Of a stretch of DNA of 27,166 bases, positions 7,910-17,695 are shown in pieces. The stretch's first letter is position 1. Every line of letters starts with the position of its first letter. Source of the DNA: Alphaproteobacteria bacterium (GTDB lineage: Bacteria; Pseudomonadota; Alphaproteobacteria; GCA-2731375); the NCBI GenBank assembly GCA_965225945.1, contig CBDDBZ010000007.1, positions 1 to 27,166 on the forward strand, in the 5' to 3' direction. Position numbers and translations under genes: made by a program. The notes below the pieces were generated by a model. It was not told the DNA's origin, ran no database searches, and saw only the letters and a program-made list of their open reading frames with translations.

Positions 7910-10483
7910 ATGGCTGATGCGAATACCCCCCCGGAAGCGGACGGAACGCCCGAGGACGTCGAGAAGGCTCTCGAGGAAATCGACTACACAGGGCGCCGGC
8001 TGAGGCCGCGGCTCGCCATCCTGGTCGGCGCCATTGCCGCGCTGTGGTCGCTGTTTCAGCTTTGGATCGCTTCGCCGCTGCCGTTCATCTTCGACATCGG
8101 GATTATCGTCGACGTCCCGGCGCGCGGTATCCATCTCGCCTTCGGCCTCTTGCTGTGCTTCCTCATGTTCCCGGCCGCGCGGCGCCTGGCGTCGAACACG
8201 ATTCCGATCTACGACGTCATCCTGGCGTTGATCGGGGCCGGCTGCGCGCTGTACCTGTTTCTCGGTTACGAAGGCTTGGTCGCCCGTCAGGGAATTCTGC
8301 TCGCCATCGACGTTTCCCTGTTCGGTATCAACTTCACGTTCCCGCTCGAGGCCATCCTCGGCGGCATCGGCATCATCCTTCTTCTGGAGGCGACGCGGCG
8401 CAGCATCGGCCTGCCGCTGGTCGTCGTCGCCGGCGTGTTCCTGGTCTACTCGGTGTTCGGCCAGTCAATGCCCGATCTCATCTCCCACAAGGGCCTCTCG
8501 CTCAACCGGCTGATCGGCTATCACTGGCTCGGCGGCGAGGCGATCTTCGGCATTCCGATCGACGTTTCGGTGAGCTTCGTCTTTTTGTTCGTCCTGTTCG
8601 GGGCGCTCCTGGACAAGGCGGGTGCGAGCAAATACTTCCTCGATTTGTCGTTCGCCATGGTCGGTCGATTCCGCGGCGGCCCCGCCAAGGCGGCGATCCT
8701 GGCCTCGGGGATGACCGGGGCGATTTCCGGCTCGTCGATCGCCAACGTGGTGACCACCGGCACGTTCACGATTCCGGTAATGCGCAAGATCGGCATCCCG
8801 GCGGTCAAGGCGGGGGCGATCGAGGTCGCGGCGTCGACCAATGGCCAGCTCATGCCGCCGATCATGGGCGCGGCGGCCTTCATCATCGCCGAGTTCATCG
8901 GAATCTCGTACTTCGAGGTGGTCACCGCCGCCTTCATTCCCGCCGTCATCAGCTACATGGCGCTGATGTACATCTCGCACCTGGAGGCGTTGAAGCTCGG
9001 GCTCAAGGGCCTGCCGCGGTCCGACATACCGCATCTGCGCAAGACCTTCATGAGCGGCATTCATTTCCTGGTCCCGATCGTCGTGCTGCTCTATCTATTG
9101 ATGATAGAGCGGTGGACGGCGGGCAGCGCCGTCTTCTTCTCGATCGTCCTGTTGATGCTCGTCATCCTGGCTCAGAACACCTATCCCAGAGGATACCATC
9201 TCGGTCTCGCCGCTATCGCCTACACCATCCCGGTGGTCGTGTTCGCCGCGATGCGGGGGCTTGGCGGCTCGGACATCGATAGCGCGCTGTTCTGGAGCTA
9301 CGCCGTCACCCTCGCCATCATCCTCGGTCAAATCGCACTGAAGCGACGTTACGAGGGCGCCGTCGGGGAAAACCTGCGACAGGCAATCACGAGCATCTAC
9401 GACGGCCTGATCGCCGGCGCCCGCAACATGATCAACATCGCGATCGCGGTGGCCGCCGCCGGCATCATCGTCGGCGCGGTCGGCTCGACCGGCCTCAACA
9501 ACGCCCTCGTCGGCGTCGTCGAGGCGATCTCGGGCGGCAACGTTTACATCCTTCTCGGCCTCACGGCGGTACTGTGCCTGATCCTCGGCATGGGCCTGCC
9601 GACGACGGCGAACTACATCGTCGTCGCGTCGCTGCTGGCGGGCGTGCTGGTCGAGCTGGGGACCGCCGCCGGCCTTGTCCTGCCGCTCATCGCGGTCCAT
9701 CTCTTCGTATTCTATTTCGGCATACTCGCCGACGACACGCCGCCGGTTTGCCTCGCCGCCTTCGCGGCGGCGGCGATATCGCGCGCCGACCCCATCAAGA
9801 CGGGAATCCAGGGGTTCTTCTACGACATCCGCACCGCGATCCTGCCGTTCATCTTCATCTTCAACCCGGAGCTGCTGCTGGTCGGAGTCACGAGCGTCTG
9901 GCACGGCCTGATGATATTCGTGGTCTCGCTCATCGCCCTCCTCTCGTTCAGCTCGCTTACCCAGGGCTGGTTTATCATCAAGGTCAAATGGCACGAGTCG
10001 CTCTTGCTCATCGTCGTTATCGTGGCGCTGTTCAGGCCCGGAGTCATCATGGACCAGTTCTATCCCGAGTTCGCGCCCCTCGATCTCGACAAGTTCGCCG
10101 CCGGCGAGGTCACCGCCGAGCCCGGTTTCACGGTACGCTTCCACGTCGTGCGCTCGACCAACTACGGCGACCGGTTCAAGCTTTTCCGGTTGGGGACGCC
10201 GGATATGGCCGCGGCGGGCCCCGAGGTGCTCTACGGGGTCACCCTGGAGGCCACCGAGGACGGCCACTACGAGGTCGCCGATCTGGCGTTCCGCGGTCTC
10301 GCCGAACAGGCCGGCCTCGAACCTTTCGATCAGGTCACCGCGGTCGACGTCGAGCGGGTAGGACAGCCGCCGAAGGAGCTGGTCTACCCGTTCGGGCTAG
10401 CGCTGCTGGCGTTAGTTATCGGGTCTCAGCTCATCCGCCGTCGCCGCGCCCAGGCAGCCACCGTTCCCGAGACGGCCGAATAG
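7910..10483 (+). CDS. TRAP fused permease (4TM/12TM, TAXI type) with DUF3394-like C-terminus
   Basis: SGSSIANVVTTGTFTIP, ASTNGQLMPPIMGAAAF, GMGLPTTANY and ADDTPPV motifs. ATG at 7910 follows GGGGGGA. Confidence 0.95.
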   Translation: MADANTPPEADGTPEDVEKALEEIDYTGRRLRPRLAILVGAIAALWSLFQLWIASPLPFIFDIGIIVDVPARGIHLAFGLLLCFLMFPAARRLASNTIPIYDVILALIGAGCALYLFLGYEGLVARQGILLAIDVSLFGINFTFPLEAILGGIGIILLLEATRRSIGLPLVVVAGVFLVYSVFGQSMPDLISHKGLSLNRLIGYHWLGGEAIFGIPIDVSVSFVFLFVLFGALLDKAGASKYFLDLSFAMVGRFRGGPAKAAILASGMTGAISGSSIANVVTTGTFTIPVMRKIGIPAVKAGAIEVAASTNGQLMPPIMGAAAFIIAEFIGISYFEVVTAAFIPAVISYMALMYISHLEALKLGLKGLPRSDIPHLRKTFMSGIHFLVPIVVLLYLLMIERWTAGSAVFFSIVLLMLVILAQNTYPRGYHLGLAAIAYTIPVVVFAAMRGLGGSDIDSALFWSYAVTLAIILGQIALKRRYEGAVGENLRQAITSIYDGLIAGARNMINIAIAVAAAGIIVGAVGSTGLNNALVGVVEAISGGNVYILLGLTAVLCLILGMGLPTTANYIVVASLLAGVLVELGTAAGLVLPLIAVHLFVFYFGILADDTPPVCLAAFAAAAISRADPIKTGIQGFFYDIRTAILPFIFIFNPELLLVGVTSVWHGLMIFVVSLIALLSFSSLTQGWFIIKVKWHESLLLIVVIVALFRPGVIMDQFYPEFAPLDLDKFAAGEVTAEPGFTVRFHVVRSTNYGDRFKLFRLGTPDMAAAGPEVLYGVTLEATEDGHYEVADLAFRGLAEQAGLEPFDQVTAVDVERVGQPPKELVYPFGLALLALVIGSQLIRRRRAQAATVPETAE

Positions 10484-10495
10484 GGGCGACATCCC

Positions 10496-10617
10496 ACGTA
10501 CAAGAACATCCTTCCGACCGTCGATCCCACCGATCCGAACTCGTGGCGCAAGGCGCTGGCGGTCGCGCTGGAAATGTGCCGGGCCGCCGCGAGCCGTGGA
10601 TCAGTGTGATTCCGGAC
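10496..10617 (+). pseudogene. Universal stress protein (UspA-family) 5' remnant
   Basis: ACG-YKNILPTVDPTDPNSWRKALAVALEMCRAA, with TGA at 10607-10609 and ISVIPD continuing in another frame at 10600-10617. Confidence 0.75.
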
Positions 10618-10722
10618 AGGCCGCGCATGCTAGCGGAATGGCGGTCGGGCGCCCGCCCCGGATACCCTCCGCGCACGGAGCTTGCTAGGATCGCCCGGAA
10701 CACGGAACGAGGAGGGCGAAAC

Positions 10723-11613
10723 ATGGCGAAGGTCGGGTTCATCGGGGTCGGCAACATGGGGGGGCCGATGGCGCGCAACCTGCTGCAGGCGGGCCATTCG
10801 GTGAAGGTGCACGACCTGTCGTCGGACGCGGTGAATTTCCTGGTGCAGTCGGGCGCCGAGGACGCGGGCTCGATCCAGGGTGCCGCGAGCGGCGTCGAAT
10901 ACCTGGTCGCCATGCTGCCGACGGGGGTGGAGACGCGGGACGTATTCCTGGGCGCGGACGCCATCGGCGCCGCGGATTCCTCGACGCTGCTGATCGATTC
11001 CTCCACCATCGACGTCGCCACCGCGCAGGAGGTGCACCGGGCGGCGGCGGCGGCCGGCCGCGAGATGCTGGACGCGCCGGTTTCCGGCGGCACCGTCGGC
11101 GCCGAGGCCGGCACGCTCACCTTCATGTGCGGGGGCGAGGCCGCGGTTTTCGAAAAGGCCAAGGCCGTGCTCGGCCCCATGGGCAAGAACCTGGTCCACT
11201 GTGGCGGCCCCGGCATGGGACAGGCGGCCAAGATCTGCAACAACATGGTCGCCGGAATCGCCATCCAGGCGCTTTCCGAGACCTTCACCATGGGCGAGAA
11301 GCTGGGACTGGACCGAAACACGCTGTTCAACGTACTGTCGACCTCGACCGCCGACTGCTGGGCGCTCAACCACATGTGCCCGGTCCCTGGGCCGGTGCCG
11401 AGCGCGCCGTCGAACCGCGACTATCAACCCGGTTTCGCGGCGGCGCTGATGCTGAAGGATCTGCGGCTGGCGCAGGCGGCATCGCAACTCGCCGGCACGC
11501 CGACGCCGTTGGGCGCCACGGCGGCGGCGACCTATGCGCTCCATGTCGCCAACGGCGGCGGCCATCTCGATTGCTCCAGCATCATCAAGCTGATCCAGGG
11601 CGAGCGCGCCTGA
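10723..11613 (+). CDS. mmsB: 3-hydroxyisobutyrate dehydrogenase (296 aa)
   Basis: GAGGAGG RBS, GFIGVGNMGGPMARNL, DAPVSGG, AAKICNNM and the MmsB-type CPVPGPVPSAPSNRDYQPGF segment. Confidence 0.92.
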   Translation: MAKVGFIGVGNMGGPMARNLLQAGHSVKVHDLSSDAVNFLVQSGAEDAGSIQGAASGVEYLVAMLPTGVETRDVFLGADAIGAADSSTLLIDSSTIDVATAQEVHRAAAAAGREMLDAPVSGGTVGAEAGTLTFMCGGEAAVFEKAKAVLGPMGKNLVHCGGPGMGQAAKICNNMVAGIAIQALSETFTMGEKLGLDRNTLFNVLSTSTADCWALNHMCPVPGPVPSAPSNRDYQPGFAAALMLKDLRLAQAASQLAGTPTPLGATAAATYALHVANGGGHLDCSSIIKLIQGERA

Positions 11614-11623
11614 GGAGGCGGCC

Positions 11624-12505
11624 ATGGCCCTCCATATCCGCAAGCTCCACCCTCATCTGATGGGCGAGGTCGAGGGCGTGAGGTTGAACCGGCCACTCGA
11701 CGCCGCGACCGTGGCGGCGATCGAGGCGGGGATGGACCAATGCGCGGTGCTGCTGTTCCGCGACCAGGCGCTCACCGACGAGGAACAGGTGGCCTTCAGC
11801 CGCAACTTCGGCGAGATCCAGATCGCCACCGCCAGCAACATCACCGCTCTCGCGGAACGCCGGCTCGGCCTCGATCTCGCCGACGTCTCCAACCTGGACC
11901 GCGACGGCCGGATCCTGGCCCGCGACGATCGCAAGCGCCTCTTCGGCCTCGGCAACCGGCTTTGGCATTCCGATGCCTCGTTCCGCGCGGTGCCGGCGAA
12001 ATACTCCCTGCTCTCGGCCCGCGTGGTGCCGGCGAAGGGCGGCAACACGGAGTTCGCCGACATGCGGGCCGCCCATGACGCGCTCGACGAGACGACCAAG
12101 CGGGAGATCGAGGATCTGGTCTGCGAACACTCGATCATGTACTCCCGCGCCGAGCTCGGCTTCACCGAGTTCAGCGAGGAGGAGCGGCGAAGCTTCGCCC
12201 CGGTCCGCCAGTGCCTGGTTCGCAGCCACCCGGTGACGGGGCGGAAATCGCTCTATCTCTCCTCTCATGCCGGCGCCATCCTCGGCTGGCCGCTGCCGGA
12301 GGCTCGCGCCTTCCTGCGCGACCTGATGGAGCACGCGACCCGGCCCGAATTCGTCTACAGCCACCAATGGCGGGCGGGCGACTTCATCATCTGGGACAAC
12401 CGCCAGACCATGCATCGGGTGCGCCGGTTCCGCGAGAGCGAGGAGGCGCGCGACATGCGGCGGACCACCATCCGGGGCGACGGGCCGACGGTGCGGGCGG
12501 CCTAG
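11624..12505 (+). CDS. TauD/TfdA-family Fe(II)/2-oxoglutarate dioxygenase, TfdA-like
   Basis: NRLWHSDASF (HxD), GGNTEFADMRAA, WDNRQTMHR and RDMRRTT motifs; GAGGAGG RBS. Confidence 0.92.
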   Translation: MALHIRKLHPHLMGEVEGVRLNRPLDAATVAAIEAGMDQCAVLLFRDQALTDEEQVAFSRNFGEIQIATASNITALAERRLGLDLADVSNLDRDGRILARDDRKRLFGLGNRLWHSDASFRAVPAKYSLLSARVVPAKGGNTEFADMRAAHDALDETTKREIEDLVCEHSIMYSRAELGFTEFSEEERRSFAPVRQCLVRSHPVTGRKSLYLSSHAGAILGWPLPEARAFLRDLMEHATRPEFVYSHQWRAGDFIIWDNRQTMHRVRRFRESEEARDMRRTTIRGDGPTVRAA

Positions 12506-12536
12506 TGGTGCGAATATTCAGGGAGGAGTCGAGACC

Positions 12537-13457
12537 ATGGGCATGTTGGACGGTCGGGTGGCGATCTGCACCGGTTCGGGGCGCGGCGTCGGCGCCGAGG
12601 TGGCGAAACTCATGGCGGCGAACGGCGCCAAGGTGGTGGTCAACGACCCCGGCGTCAGCGGCGAGGGCGCGGGTTTCGATCAGTCTCCGGCCGATTCGAT
12701 CGCCGACGAGATCAACCGAGCCGGCGGCGAGGCGGTGGCCAACTTCGGCTCCGTCACCAGCTTCGAGGACTGTCTGGCGATGGTGCAACAGGCGCTCGAC
12801 GCCTTCGGCGGCCTGCACGCTCTGTTCAATCCGGCTGGCATCCTGCGCGACCACATGTTCCACAAGATGTCGCCCGACGACTGGCAGGCGGTGCTGGACG
12901 TCCACATGAACGGCCATTTCAACCTTGCCCGGGCGGCGATCAACCTGTTCCGCGACCAGGAGTTCGGCCGCATCATCATGGTCTCCTCCACCTCCGGCCT
13001 CCTGGGCAACATCGGCCAGGCGAACTACGGCGCGGCGAAGATGGGGATCGTCGCCCTGTCGCGGATCGTGGCGATGGAGAATGCTCGCAAGAACGTCACC
13101 TCGAACGTGATCTGCCCCTCCGCCGACACTCGGATGACACGCTCGGTGCCGACACCGAAGGACCCGGCGGCGGCGGCGGCGCGCGAGGAGCGGCTGCGCC
13201 GCAGCCCGGCGGATGCGATCGCGCCGCTCTGCGTCTTCCTGGCCTCCGAGGGCGCGGGCCACGTCACCGGGCAAATCTTCCACCAGCGCGCCGGCGAGCT
13301 GTCGCTCTACGGCCAGCCCCGACCGGTCCGCATGGTGCACCGCAACGGCGGTTGGACACCCGAGACGATTGCCGAGAACGCCATGCCGGCCTTGGAGTCA
13401 CGGTTCTTCGACGTCGCCAATTCCGGCGCCGTCCATCCGGGCATGCCGCTGGAATAG
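12537..13457 (+). CDS. SDR oxidoreductase (hydroxyacyl-CoA dehydrogenase-like)
   Basis: TGSGRGVG, VVVND, AGILRD and GQANYGAAK (YxxxK) motifs. Confidence 0.92.
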   Translation: MGMLDGRVAICTGSGRGVGAEVAKLMAANGAKVVVNDPGVSGEGAGFDQSPADSIADEINRAGGEAVANFGSVTSFEDCLAMVQQALDAFGGLHALFNPAGILRDHMFHKMSPDDWQAVLDVHMNGHFNLARAAINLFRDQEFGRIIMVSSTSGLLGNIGQANYGAAKMGIVALSRIVAMENARKNVTSNVICPSADTRMTRSVPTPKDPAAAAAREERLRRSPADAIAPLCVFLASEGAGHVTGQIFHQRAGELSLYGQPRPVRMVHRNGGWTPETIAENAMPALESRFFDVANSGAVHPGMPLE

Positions 13458-13476
13458 GGTTGGTGTCTCGCCGGCC

Positions 13477-14913
13477 TCAGAAGTCGAAGCGCTTGGTCAG
13501 CAGCATCTGGGCGCGCCAGTTTTCGTAATCGAAGTTCGGCACGTTCGAGTCCGATTTGAAGTAGCCACCGCTGAGCGACAGTACGATGTCGCGTACCGCT
13601 TGAGGCATCGGATCCTGATCGAGCCGGAACAGGGCGAGCGCGCTCATCGGCATGCCGTAGGTCAAGGAGAGGCCGTAGTCGGTGTCTTCCCGCGTCTCGG
13701 CGGAGATGAAGGGATCCGGGCCGTCGTATTTCTGCCACTCGATGCTGGCGTCGAGGATCACGAACATCTGCCTCGGCATGACCCAGGTGAGCCGCCCCGA
13801 TATCAGGTGCGAATCATAGGCCTCGTAGTCGGTGTTGGCCTCCTTGTTCTTGTAACGGTAGGAAGCGTCGAGCTTGAGGCTCCGGGTGATCGCGTAACCG
13901 CCACCCGCCGTGAAGCCGTAATAGAGGCCACTCTGTTCGGAGGCGAAGGGCGTGTCGGCACTGTTGTCGAAGCTCTCGTGGCCGATCTCGCCTTCGAGGT
14001 AGGCGACGAAGTTGGGCGAGAACAGCCGGCGCGAGAGGCGGATCGAACCGGCGATATCCTCGGTGTACTCCGTCATACCGAGATAGATCGTGTCCAGATG
14101 CAGCTTCGGCGTGATGGTGGCGAAGGGCGCCTCGTAGACGATGCCGGTGTCGACCAGCAAGGCAACGGTGTCGAGGCGGTCGATGTCGTGCTGGTTGTCG
14201 AGCAGGCTGGAGAGCGTGAGAAAGACCTCCCGCGCGCGCTGCAGGTCGGTTTCCGCCCTGAAGTCGAGGGTGGCCAAGAGGATCTGGCCCCAGTCGTCCT
14301 CCTCCCGGCCGAGACCGGCGACCGGTACGCCCAGGACCTGGAGCACCCCGTTTTCGGGAAAGGCGGTGCGGTTGGAATCGTAGTGCAGGCCGGCGCTGAA
14401 GGTGGCCGAGCCCTTGACCCGCGCCTGCCGCTTTTCGATCAGGGCGACGTAGCGTTCCACCTCGCGGGCCTCGCGGCGTCCGAGCTTGCGCTTCTACAAC
14501 AGGCGGAACTCCACTTCGGCTTCGTCCACGCTGTCGAGGCGGAACAGCACCACGGCATAGAGCAGGCGGACCCGGTCGAGGTCGGGATTGAGGATCAGAA
14601 TTCGCTCCAGCGCCGTCGCCGCGACGTCCAGCCGGCCTTCCTGGATCATCTCCTGAGCGTAGCGGAAGTTGAGACCGGCATCGTCGGGGCTGGCGAGCAC
14701 ATCGTCGAAGCTGATCTCGCCCGGCGCGGCGATGATGTCGGCCGCCGTGGCGCCCTCCTGGAGGGTCGGCTGAATTTGCCGTAGACGCGCCTTCGCCGCC
14801 TCTTCCTTGGTCTGCGCCATGACCTGGATAGCAGGCATCGCGACGGCGATAACGATCGCGAGCAGAACACCCGACAACAAGCCGCCGGGCTCGAAAGTCG
14901 GTCGGTCCCGCAT
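13477..14913 (-). pseudogene. TPR + outer-membrane beta-barrel protein (Slam/DUF560-like), 478 codons with an in-frame TAG at 14494-14496
   Basis: ORFs 14494..14943 and 13477..14460 share one frame (...EFRLL*KRKLGRREAREVERY...). Signal peptide, TPR pair, AGLHYDSN barrel start, amphipathic strands and terminal ...LTKRFDF. Start at ATG 14913 after GAGGTGGGGA. Confidence 0.8.
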
Positions 14914-15024
14914 TCCCCACCTCGGTCTACTCGGTACACGCATTCGACCAATTCTTCGCCATCATATGTCCGGCGCGAACTCGATCGCGAGGTCGTTACC
15001 AGACGAGTCGCGGACAATTAATAA

Positions 15025-16049
15025 GGCTCAATTCGTGAATTGTATGCGTCACCTTGTTACGGCGGCGGCGAGGCAGGCTCGGTCATTGGCGCCGGGGGCG
15101 AGGCCGACGAGGTGGAACCAGCTCAGGTAGTTGTCCAGATAGCGGGTGGCGATGCCGCGGCGGGGACGCAGGAAGTCCTTCAACCGGCTGTGGCGGCTGT
15201 TCACCGTCTGCACATGCAGATCGCCCCGAACCCGTTCCCCCATCGAGCGGTTGAGTGCTTCGTGGCTCACCCCGAGCGCGGCGGCGCACGGTGGGTAGCT
15301 CGCGCCGCCGTCGGAGACCAGCAGGGCGTCCTTCGCGACCACCGGGTCGAGGGCAGCCGTGAGCGCCGCCGCATCGACCCTGGGCAGCACCGCGCTGACC
15401 GTCGTTCCGCTCCGGTCCGCCGCCATGAGAACCGGTACCTGCTCGCGCGAGAGGCCGCGCTTCTTCGCCTTGCCGCCCCGCCGCCGTGCCTTGCGCCCCA
15501 GCCCGCGCGCGCCCTTCCGGCTCTCCAGGACGTAGGTCTCGTCCGCTTCCACGATCCCCTTGAGCACCTCCGAATCGCTCCGCGCCGCCGCCAGAAACCG
15601 GTGACGCCAGCGGAACGCCGTGCTCACCGCCACGTCGCAGCGCGCCGCCGAGGCCTTCACCGTCTCCCCCTTCGCCAGCGACGCCCCGAACGACAGCCAG
15701 CGTTCCTTGTGGTGCAAGCCCGACAGCGGCGTACCGCTCAGCGCGTTGAAGGTCCTGCCGCAGCCCTTGCACTGGTAGCGCCGCAGACCCCGCGCCATAC
15801 CGCGCGAAACCGCCCCTTCGCTCGCGCAGTGCGGACAGCGCCGGGCCTCGTCCACACCAAGCTCGATCGCGGCCTTCGATGCCTCGCCCTCGCTCCGGCC
15901 CGACAGCACCGCGAGCGCCTCGCGCCGCTGCGCGCGCGTCAGCCCGCGCGCCGCCGAAAGCCACACCTGGAAACCCTTGCCGTCCATAACCCAACCTCCT
16001 GACGTTCCAGGCACTCTATCACTAATGCATACAATTCGCGAATTGAGCC
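15025..16049 (-). mobile_element. IS1595-family insertion sequence, copy 2 (1025 bp, inverted relative to copy 1)
   Basis: Same 23-bp IRs as copy 1. Target duplication ATTAATAA at 15017-15024 and 16050-16057. Confidence 0.96.
15049..15987 (-). CDS. IS1595-family transposase (312 aa)
   Basis: Same protein as 2221-3159 except CPHCA vs CPHCV and GCGR vs GCGK. Confidence 0.95.
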   Translation of the reverse strand: MDGKGFQVWLSAARGLTRAQRREALAVLSGRSEGEASKAAIELGVDEARRCPHCASEGAVSRGMARGLRRYQCKGCGRTFNALSGTPLSGLHHKERWLSFGASLAKGETVKASAARCDVAVSTAFRWRHRFLAAARSDSEVLKGIVEADETYVLESRKGARGLGRKARRRGGKAKKRGLSREQVPVLMAADRSGTTVSAVLPRVDAAALTAALDPVVAKDALLVSDGGASYPPCAAALGVSHEALNRSMGERVRGDLHVQTVNSRHSRLKDFLRPRRGIATRYLDNYLSWFHLVGLAPGANDRACLAAAVTR

Positions 16050-16064
16050 ATTAATAACTCGGTC

Positions 16065-16094
16065 TTGCCGATTTGTCACCACGTCGTGCATAAT
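16065..16094 (+). promoter_or_regulatory. Candidate sigma70 promoter stranded between the two ISs
   Basis: TTGCCG-N18-CATAAT, pointing toward the FecR-domain gene. Confidence 0.4.
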
Positions 16095-16099
16095 CAGTG

Positions 16100-17695
16100 G
16101 TAACTGCCCAGGTACATGGTGGCCTTTTAGGCGGCGTGGAGACGCTCGATCAGGGTTTCGGGATTTTCCATGAGCGCCTGGATGATGTTCCAGCCCTGTT
16201 TTCTGGCGGTCGAGATGAAGCCGCGGACGGTGGCAAAGTCTTCGGCGCCTTTCTGGCTACGGAAGCCGCCGGAGATTTTCTGCTTGACCTTCATCATGCG
16301 CCCGTCCTGCTCGGCCTGATTGTTGGTGAACGGCACGGCGAAATTGATGAGGAAGCGCAGCGCGTCTTCCTTGTGTGTCTGAAGGCGCCGGAGAAGGTTG
16401 TGCCCGGTGCGGCGCGGCTTGCTTCCCCGGCGCTTGGCCTTGCTCGATCTGGGCGCAAGAGGAGGTTGTGCCTCGTGAAAGGCGATGCCCTCGGCCGTGA
16501 TCGCGTCGTAACACCCTCGGAAGCGCTCGACGAGGCCTGGTTTCAGCGCCACGCCCCGCTCCCGGGCGAGATTTACCGCGTGGCAGGCGCGGCGCAATAG
16601 TCTCTGCATCTTGCGTGCCCAGCCCTCCTTCTCGATCTCGATCAGGGCTTGCAACTCGCGCAGGTGATGGGCGTTGCACAGCGCGTGCCGTACGCCCTCC
16701 ATCGTAAAGTACGGCTTCCAGTGGTCATGGACGACGATGCCGCCGACTCCGCCGAGCAGGCTGCCGCGTCGCTCCGAGACCCGATAGAAGGTCAACCGCG
16801 CGGTCGAGGCGACGTGCAACCATTGGGTCCGCCCGGCGATCCGCAAGCCGGTCTCGTCCATGTGCTTGACCGGCGCCGATTTCACCAGTTCGCGGATCAC
16901 ATCGACGACGCCTTGGACGGACTCGGCGCTGTTCCCGCCCCTCCGCGCGAGGCTCGCCGGAGACAGTTCCGCCCCGAACAGATCCTTCATCAATTCAGCC
17001 AGGCGGTCCTCGGGCAGGAGTTGGTAGTGCGACAGGTAGACCACCATGGCTCCGATCCGAGCGCCGTATTGAACCGGGCCGGTGATGGCGACGGGAAAAG
17101 AAGCCCGAGTGTACGTGCCGCAATGCCCGCAACGGCAGCGATGCGCCCGATGCTCCGTGACCACCAGGGGCCGGGGCTCGGGTAGATCGAAAACCTGGCG
17201 GGCCCCATGGCCGGTAGCCATATCCGGCGTCAATCCCGAACCACACCACTGGCACGTCTCGGGATAATGGTCGACGGTGGCGTCGGGATCGGCGACTTGG
17301 CGCAGGGTCTCGCCCTTGTGGCCCTTTTGCCCGCCCGGCTTGCGGGCCGATTTCTTACGGAGGCTCCTGGTGCGCTTCTTTTTACCCGCCGGTGGCTTGT
17401 TCAATCCATCGCTCGACGGTGGCTTGCCGCTGTTCGTGCTGTTCAGGCCAAGCCGGCGCTCGAGTTCACCAAGCCGGAGTTCGAACTCGGCGAGCCGCGA
17501 CCCTTGGGCCAGCACCACATCGATCAGCTCGTCTTTCGACAAAAAGGCAAGAACATCCCTATCCATCGAATCCTTAGAATCGACCAACCACCCTATGTCA
17601 AACGAAATCTAGGCCGTCAGCGCCCCAAACCCACAAAATCTGCCCCCAGAGACCCAATCCGCAGCCTCATCGAAATCAGCTACCTGGGCAGTTAC
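16100..17695 (-). mobile_element. IS66-family insertion sequence, single-ORF ISBst12-like (1596 bp)
   Basis: Perfect 15-bp IRs GTAACTGCCCAGGTA. 8-bp duplication AATCAGTG at 16092-16099 and 17696-17703. No tnpA/tnpB. Confidence 0.95.
16127..17566 (-). CDS. IS66-family transposase (TnpC-like, 479 aa)
   Basis: Coiled coil, NSTNSGKPPSSD, GGQKGHKG, Zn finger, HMDETG, VHDH, CNAHHLREL and TNNQAEQD motifs. AAGGA RBS precedes ATG 17566. Confidence 0.95.
   Translation of the reverse strand: MDRDVLAFLSKDELIDVVLAQGSRLAEFELRLGELERRLGLNSTNSGKPPSSDGLNKPPAGKKKRTRSLRKKSARKPGGQKGHKGETLRQVADPDATVDHYPETCQWCGSGLTPDMATGHGARQVFDLPEPRPLVVTEHRAHRCRCGHCGTYTRASFPVAITGPVQYGARIGAMVVYLSHYQLLPEDRLAELMKDLFGAELSPASLARRGGNSAESVQGVVDVIRELVKSAPVKHMDETGLRIAGRTQWLHVASTARLTFYRVSERRGSLLGGVGGIVVHDHWKPYFTMEGVRHALCNAHHLRELQALIEIEKEGWARKMQRLLRRACHAVNLARERGVALKPGLVERFRGCYDAITAEGIAFHEAQPPLAPRSSKAKRRGSKPRRTGHNLLRRLQTHKEDALRFLINFAVPFTNNQAEQDGRMMKVKQKISGGFRSQKGAEDFATVRGFISTARKQGWNIIQALMENPETLIERLHAA

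Noticed and set aside
9574-10722. Long N-terminal extension or fusion on mmsB
   Set aside because: It is an off-frame overlap with the permease. The real start is ATG 10723 with a GAGGAGG RBS.
2151-16057. Composite transposon already inserted as a unit
   Set aside because: The outer flanks differ and each IS copy has its own matching duplication.
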